This document shows, piece after piece, positions 28,201 to 37,200 of a stretch of DNA of 64,000 nucleotides. Under the pieces are notes generated by a model, which saw nothing but the letters and a program-made list of their open reading frames with translations, was not told where the DNA came from and ran no database searches. This stretch comes from Botryllus schlosseri (Eukaryota): NCBI GenBank assembly GCA_051294905.1, contig CM119371.1, forward strand, positions 28,708,001 through 28,772,000, written 5' to 3'. Numbering within the stretch: position 1 is the first letter of the stretch; each line of letters starts with the position of its first letter. The position numbers and the translations under genes were made by a program.

Positions 28201-31200
28201 CGGTTCTCTGAAAGATATGTTCATTGTTTAGTCGACTTCATCATTTCATAAATATATATAATATATATATTATATATGGGCTAGGCCATGGTAGTCTAAC
28301 TAACAGCCAACTTCTATACATCATAAGCGCAATTTCGTTAACAGGAGGAAGCTTATCTGATACCTGTATTATTATTGGCATTTCCGCTTGTACTTAAACC
28401 TTCATAAATTGATGCTATCTTGCTAAATTTTCAAAGCCCCTCTATTTTTAGGGTGGAGTGAAAAATTTTGAATTTTGAATCAATTTCTATAACAATTTTG
28501 ATATCGTGCACCCTCTAGTGGTCGTGTCATTTCACAGAATGAGCCAAAAATAGGTAATTTCGCTATATATTGATAACCGCTGACACTAGAAAGCTGATTT
28601 CGGTCTTAAAAGATGCAGAAGCAACAAGTTTCTATCTCACTTCCACAGAAATTTGTCTTGAAAATATAAACAGAAAAAAATTATAAGCGAATTTTTAATT
28701 TTTACACCGTTTTTAGGTAAAATTAGGCACTGAAACAGTGGGTAAGACGCCAAATGCGTGTAGTAATTGATTTTATGACTCACAACTCCATATTGAAAGT
28801 ATAGACATTGCAAATCTGTATTGAAAGTCACACCAAGTCACCCTCCTTTTTTCACAGGATACACGCATGGTTGTATTCATTGAAAATGTCACCGTATGCA
28901 TAGTCAGGATGACAATTTGGCGCAGATTTTTATGAGAATTAAACTTTTAAGCATACAATTTATACGTTCACATTGAAATAAACCTGTATATATTCTTCTG
29001 ACTCTGACACTCGTCAGGTGTAATAGTCATCAACTAATTGAGAATTGAGAAAATCATTGGATATCAACAAACGTATCACCGAATATTATGTCACCGGCAT
29101 GAAAATTCGAATAATGAAGTCGAACAGATGGCTTTAGACTCAATGTACCGTTTTTGGATTATACAAGAGCTCATTCTGTTGTCTGATTTTATTTCAACAT
29201 GAATTCGTCATTCAATAGTATATTGGAGTTTTGTAACCCTATCCCCAAGAGTATCCAAAAACCTTTCAGCAGAATCGCAAAGTAAAAATTGAAATCTCGT
29301 GGGATCCATCAGCCAAGTAAAATTATAACTCGAGATCTCTAGCAAGCCTACCGTTGTCGAAAAGTATTTTCCTGGGAGACGACGCAGCCAGGAATGTGAA
29401 AGACGGCAGCTTGTTCTTGTGCACTTTGACGATCGGAGAATCGAAATTGCCCGTCCTGCGAGTGGCGGTGCCACAAATGGGCGAGTCGTAGCAGTTACGT
29501 TCCAAATTCTGCGGCAGGAAGAAAATAGGAAGTGGATGTTTTATATTTTTGTCGATGATTTGCGGCATATACACAGACTCATGATATACATACACTTGAT
29601 CTGTGCATATGCATACCATGAGTGCATGAGGTAGGCTACATATGCAGCTGGACAAGGAAGGTACAGATATAGCCTTGTAAGGCTTTTTAAGTCTTGCACC
29701 ACCCATCCCAGGTATCTGCATGCTAAGCATGACAATTCAAAATCACTCAAAATTCCGTAATCAAAACGAGTCCGGTCAGCATATTAGGGTTTCTACTGAA
29801 TCAATACTAGTCAGCCCGCAAGATTATCGGACCACAATCTGACATACCGGTATCGAGTTCGCCTACCGACACATGCAGTATTCATTTTCACCCCGTCCTT
29901 TTATGCTACCCTTTCTTAAATCCAGTGCGCATGTCTCTTATTTACACGCTGCAGGCCAGGGTGGGTGTCTGATTAAAAGACTACTCCAATTCGTTTTGGC
30001 TCCCACTTATATTTTCATTATATCGCAATCTTGTGACGAATTGATTTGATAAAAATTTCAATAAAATACTGATCTGTATTAGATATTTCCAAGTCTGAAT
30101 CCAGAGTCGAAATGGATTAAGTCATACTTGCTCGAAAAGACATTTAAAAATTCAAAATTACTAGAAATTACGTAGTTCAATAGAGATCTGGGTTTACGAA
30201 AATGGTAAATCCCGATCCGGCCGCCATTAGGAGGTCGGATTTCATATATTTAAACCAGAATTCTGAATTTATTCCCCACCTTGTGACCCACTCGAAAAAA
30301 ACATTGACCTATAGCTAATTAGCTAGTTCTGAGAGTTTTGAGTCTGATTTAAAGTGGAATGTCCCAACTAAATGGGCTGGTAGAATAGAAATTGTTCTAG
30401 CTTTTCGTAGAAGATTAAAAACTTTGCGCATTACCACACTGCTACCATTCTAGTTAAATTCACCTCGTCGGCAGTGGTCAATTCCTGTTCGATACTCTGC
30501 TTTACAGTACTGGAGTCGTTAAAGCTTCTGGTCCTGAAAATTTGAAGAGATTCTCAACACAGCAGCCTAAGTACAGTCGTTGCAATACCATAATACAGGT
30601 GATCAAAGTAGTCACTATCTTAGAGTAGATATAGAGCAGGGGTCACCAACTGAAAATGGGTCCCAAACCACTTTTTGAATTTCGTAGTGGCCGCTGGCCG
30701 CATAAATTCAATATCGATATATAATAGGCAACCACGTCTTAAAACTCTACGACAGCACAACGCTGTGCTACCTAACACACACTCAGGGAATACAAATTCA
30801 ACAAAAAATCATCATCAATTTCATTCTATTTTGAACTCTTGAGATGTGCACGATTCCCGGAAACGCTTTTCAGCGACTAAGGATTCGATATCGGGGCTAG
30901 CGAGAGAGGTTACTAGCTGAAAGACCATCTCCACGTAAAGCTTGATCTTGCGGGGAAGCCCTAAGACAATGGTTCTCAAACTTTTTTAGACACGCCCCCC
31001 TTTATGATAATGAAAAAAAAATTCGCGCCCCCCTAATCGTCATATCTCAAAATGCTACCAGAATGCTAGCAATCCCAACGGATAGTTTGATGGCATTGAA
31101 TAAGGTTATAACTTTTGATTGGAGAATACTTTGTTATGAATTCCGGACAATACACTGAGCAACAACGATGAATTTGAGCAACACTGAGCAACAAACTCGT

Positions 31201-34200
31201 TCAGTTGACTGCAGCTCTGCGCCCCTTCAGTTGCTTCCATGCCCCCACAAGGGGGGGGGGCACCCCCCAGATTGAGAACCACTGCCCTAAGCCGTTTTCT
31301 AAGCGTCTCGGTCTTAGCAGTGTTTGGGTCATTGCACGTCACGGCAATATGCTTATTGATATCAGCTGACTCTCCCTCGGTGGCAAGCTGTTGCCATCGC
31401 CAAAGCCATTTTAGTTAGCGACGGATAGTGATGTTGGGCACAGGAGAATATCTTATTTTGAAACAGCAACAGCAATATGTTGAAACTGTCGTCAAATTCA
31501 GCATTCTAAAATGGTTTTCTTAGATTTCTTCCAAAATCTCAAGTCAAGTAGCGGGCCGCAAAATATGACCGCGTGTTGCTGACCTCTGATATAGAGTGTC
31601 TAGAAGTAGGCAGAGATGGTTAAAGCAACCATCGTTGGCACCAAGTACAACTACAAGTAGCAATTTCCAAGTAAAAAATGACACTAAGTAGTTTACTCCT
31701 AGATTCCAAAAAATTTCAAGTAGAAGTGGAAGTACTCTATAATGTAGGTTTTCAAGAAAGAGCACATGGAACTATAAACGGACTACATATCAGAAAGGAG
31801 ATCGTTAAACTGAGATTTTTGAAGGCTCAACACTCTGCAAAATTTGTTTTCAAATTCTACCAATCCCCAAGCAAAATAAGGTTCAGAACAATTGACACAG
31901 AGCACATTACTTTGACAAGGTTAGCGCTACGCATAGAGCTTGCAAAATTGTAGCTTTAATAAGTAATCGCATCATCTCGTAACAAACTGTAGTATGTGCA
32001 TAACACTTACATGGAATACTCCAATTGCTGAGCGTGAAGCTGTTCGATTAGCCTCTTCTTTTCCTCGTTGATGGTCTGACAAGAAGCAAAGTTTCATCAG
32101 CGACACAACGACATTATTTCTATGCATCGTGACATAGGGATCAGGAATAATTTCGTAACGAGGTGGCTATCAGAGCCCTACCGATATCAAAATTTCACAA
32201 TATTATTCGTTTGGGCCAATATTTGTTGTCGAGAATTTCACAATATTTCCACTAAATCCAATTCAGTTGCAGGAACAATAGCAAGCCTATTATTATGCCT
32301 ACAAAAATTAGCTTCCGATAGTCCATTCCCTATTCAATTACTATCGGAATGTTGCGGCCATCCATCGTAGAATGCGGATTCTTTTACGGTTAGCTTACCT
32401 CGTACATACTTTCGAAATGATTCAACCTATCTTCTAGATCGGCGACTTGTTTGGTTTTCTGCAAGGAGAAACAGCAACCCTTTAGTGAACTATATAATCA
32501 CCGACAAAGTGATCAAACATAATCTGAATATATCATCTCTTTATATAAGACCAGAGTTGGCTGCAGCAGTCGGCGCTGGTATTCAAGTACCGTAAATTTC
32601 AATTCAATTACAATTACATGTAGCTATTTCCAAGACACATCAAAACTACTCCAAGTCGAAGAAGAAATTTGCCATCCCTGGCATGAAATCAGACTTGGTT
32701 AAACTAGTAAGCATTGGTACTCAAGTAGATGTGAAAGTAATGCCATAAATTTCTACTCGAAAACAATTAGGCTATAAGCGGACATTTCAAAGACATTGTC
32801 AAAACTACTTCAAATGGAAGGAGAAACTGATAGGCCAGAATACCACACCAGTACCGTACCTAGTTTCTAAAAGCAGATCTGTTCGAGTGATCAGATTTTT
32901 TTGAGCAGGTTATCAAGATTGCAATTTTCGCGACTAACACAAAACGAATATGACACTACAAGTAGGAGCAATATTGGGAAATGCATTTAGTTACCATGAT
33001 GCAAGGTATATTTCTTGCAGTTTTGATCACAATTTCACTCGGAAAAAGTGTCACAAACTCCACTACATTCCACTTTACAAAATCAAAATTGTAGAAAGCA
33101 AGTTGGATTGCCTAAAAAACTGTTGAAGTAGAATTGGGGGTATTCTAAAAACATATCAAATTAAGAAAGTATTGAAGTTCTGCACCTCCAAGAAGCTCAT
33201 TAAGAAAGTAGTACAAGCAGGAAAACCTTGCTTCAACACTACAGTAAAAGTACAAATCGTCACTAAAGTGTGCGGTTCAAACTCGAGTGATAACAGTGCG
33301 GTAGCCTAGTTGTATCAAAACTCACCAAGGCACATGCGTCCCTTTCGGTCTCCCATCTCAAATGCGTATCTTCGAATTTGTCCTTGACAAGAAACACATC
33401 GCCACTTAAACGTCAGGCATTACCGAAGATTTGCGAAGAGATTAAATCCCTGACTTTTTAACCCAAAATTCGAGCGTGAGCCTAACTCTGACTAAGATTT
33501 TGTCAAATCTCACTGTATTCATTACACCTTTTTTAACCGTAGCAAAATAACAGAAATATACAATCAAATTATGACATCAAAACGGACTTCACAGAACAGG
33601 TAAGGCACCTCACACAAGTGCTATAGTTGATTTGAGCTAAGCTTTTGCTACTAAGATTATAAAGATAACAAATTCAGAGTTATATCAAGCCCAGGACATT
33701 GTACTAACAACGGTTAAGCTATGACCTCGAATACAGCAATGAGTGATCACATAATTTATGTGAATACAAAAAATAAATACCTGTAATATCTGGTTGTCCG
33801 TCTGTATATTCGCACACATATCTCTTTCTTTCTCGAGTTGTGTGCACACTATGTCGTACTGTAATTCCAAACAGAATAATTTAATATTGAAGGCATATCA
33901 CAGTTTCACTTCATGCTTCGCAATTTTAATTAGAATCTATACCTTGCATGAGTGGGCTACTATGTAATCGAACAATTTGAGCATGAATTAGGATTAGATC
34001 AATATAGAATTGAAGATTTTCGACCGGTCTGAGATTACAATTTTTCTAAGACAACCTTTGTTTGTCCATAAATTATCAGAAAGACAGTTTTCGACTCTTT
34101 TCATTTGTTTGCATTGGAGCCGACATCAATCAAAATACAGCAACCTAGTCTGTCCCAACAGAAAGAGTTTGTGCGCTATCTAAAAACAGTACATTTCATG

Positions 34201-37200
34201 CCGGTGAATTCATATTTGGTGATACGATTGTTAAAGGGGCTCTGCACTCTGAAAATGATGTGGTCTCAAATTGATGGGCATTGAAAGAAAAATTTTGGTC
34301 GCAGCCGTTTTCTTCAGAACGCCACCGTAATGGAGCTGCAATGTATTGAAATTTCCATAGGGGCAAAACGCTCCAGCAGTCACGCAGAGATCAAACTTTA
34401 CATAGTTATATATAGTGTATAGGCCGATGTTATGAAGGGAATGGAATACACTAGTCCCGATTTTGACATAAATCTCCTGACTGGACATCTTCCGTTGAAT
34501 GCGGTATCTAAACCACCTTGGCATGTACGACATATATCCTTCATAACATCGGCTGATAACTATATACAGTTAGATCTCTGCATGACTGCTGGAGGGTTTT
34601 GCCCCTATGGAAATTTCAATACATTGCAGCTCCATTACCGTGGCGCTCTGAAGAAAACGGCAGCAGCCAAAATTTTTCTTTCGTTTTGCCCTTCAATTTG
34701 AGACCACATCATTTTCAGAGTGCAGTGCCCATTTAATATACAATATTCTTTTCAATTCCGTACTAGTTGCTGACTCGACCAGAGCAGCGTCAACCAAAAA
34801 TATGAATATATCATTCAATTACACTGACTTTGTTCTGAATCTCCGACAGCGTGATCCTGTAATCGTCAGCCTCTTCCTTCGCAACTTTCTCCCGATACGA
34901 CGCACTCTCCACGGCCTTCTGCAGTCTGTGATTGGCAGTTTGAATTTCGTCTTTTTCCGAGAGCAGCTCCTGGATGCCGGGCTTCACATCTTGAATTCTG
35001 AAGAACATTACAGATTACAACTGCAAAAGTCACTGCCGTATGCCATGGGGCTGGGAGTGGGGGTCACACACTAATACCGAGAATGCTGTTACTGTGAATG
35101 TGTACATCAAGAGAATGGACAATTTAGGGCTGTTCAGAATAACTATTCTTTTCAAATTTTACTGGCCACTTGACAAAATTGTTAGATAGCTTAAAAAACG
35201 CGGCACACCAGTTTTGGTTCGATTCCAACCTGTAGAAGCATTGATTTACGAGAGAGAAGTTTTGGATTTAATAAAAGTTTTTTCAAGGTAAAAAAATGTC
35301 AAAATTTTGATTTTTTAGGTAAAAATCTTCCGTTTTTAGGTTAAAAAAACGCCCAACTTATTATAGACCTACCCACCGTAAATACTCTTTTTTTCAAATC
35401 GAAAATTCTCTACTGCAATAACTTCCACTGGTTGGAATTGCGCTAAATCTCATAATCATCTGTTTTTCATACAACCTAACAATTACGTGTCCCGCATGTC
35501 TATGTGCAAGGTGCGATGGCACACGCAGTAGAATTACCTTCTGAGGTCTTTTTCCAGCGCGGCAATCCTCTGCTTTTGCAGGTCATATTCCTCGTCACCC
35601 ACCTCGAGCTGGCGCCTCACGTCTGAGACTTCACGTTTCAGACCCGTGTTGACGCTGATCAGATTCTTGTTCCTCAGAAGTAGCTCGCCAACATCGCTAA
35701 GGAAAGGACAAACAGCTTCTTGAAGATACACAACTTCAATATACAATAACATATCTGCGAGGTCGTGATCAGTCCTCAGCATTGCCATAAAATGCAATAA
35801 GTAGCAGGGTTGTCATGACTCGACTCGGGTCCGAATCTAGTCACGATTTTCTGATGCCTCGAGTCATTTTCTCAAAATAGGGAATAACTCGACTCGATTA
35901 AATCTGTATATTGACTCGACTTGGATTCGAGTCATTGCAGATGACTCGAATGAAGTCACATGACTCGAGACTCAGACGGCCAAGAACAACATTTCATTGT
36001 AATTTCGAAGAATAGTAACGTAACCACCCTATTGGTGTTTCGTCTATTGGTACTAGTACTTGAGACCGGAAACTGGAAAAACTTAGGAAAATTAGTATCT
36101 TATAATGCGAACTATTTGATATCACTAAACAGAGTTATAAAAGTGGGTTCAACAAGACTTGACCTGGATACTGAGCAGTCAACACAATGACTTGGACTCG
36201 AGTCATAATACCATGGTAGAACCACTGCTCGATGACTTGGACACGACTCGGTGGTGAATTGAAAATGACTCGAATCAAAACTATAAAAGTGAGATTGACT
36301 TGTGACTCAGGAGACTTGTGACTAGGTCGCAACCCTGATAGGTAGGCCTAGTAGGTACGGTCTACAAAATACCAAATAATCTTTAATACGATGGCCTTCA
36401 TATTCACTGTGGTGAACGAGCGATACTCGACTCGAAGTCTAATACTCGATTCAGAATCAAATGACTCACACTGCACTTAGTTTTCCATGGCCCTAGCTAG
36501 TTGTTACTACATGCAATTAAATAGGTATAGACGAAAACACACCAAATTCTCTTTATGGGGCATGCAACTTTCGTACCGCCATAGAGATAGTAAAGAAATA
36601 TTGAGCGATGCTCGAATACCCGCATAGCCTACTCGATTCAGAATCGCATCACTGATACGCTCGATTTCACTCAGCTCTAAACATCACCTATAACACATGC
36701 GATGAAACAGGACAAGCCTCAAAACTCAACTGTTCCATGATGGACATGGTCGAAATATCCCCACCGCACCCCTCCAGCTGGCTGCTCGTATTCAAGAAAG
36801 ATTCGTCTGGAAAGAATATTCAAAGAGATTGTGAAAAGCAAGGACTATGGCTCCGCAATTTTACCGGATCAGACCGATTCCATCCATTTTGGATTGCTTA
36901 CTTTGAAACATGATCAATGATCATACTAGTTAGAAACCAACACACAGAGGTGGTCAGTAACGAGTCAGTACAGTACTACAGTGCTAATTTTTTTGAGTAC
37001 TCCTTTCGGTTTCGTTTAATCTTTTCTGAGTCTAGTTGCACCAGTTAAGTAGTTGTTTTAGACTTCTGGCTGTTCTGAGGAACTGCTAAAAGCATGTGAC
37101 CCCAAATCTTCACTTTGAAACCAGACTAACAACCAATAAAACCCAATCAAAGCTTACCAGATGAAGGAATATCGCCAGCATTCAAGCTATCCCCAAATGA

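Noticed and set aside
34231..34701. Pair of similar ORFs on opposite strands (FCPYGNFNTLQLHY)
   Set aside because: Artefact of the element's long inverted repeats.
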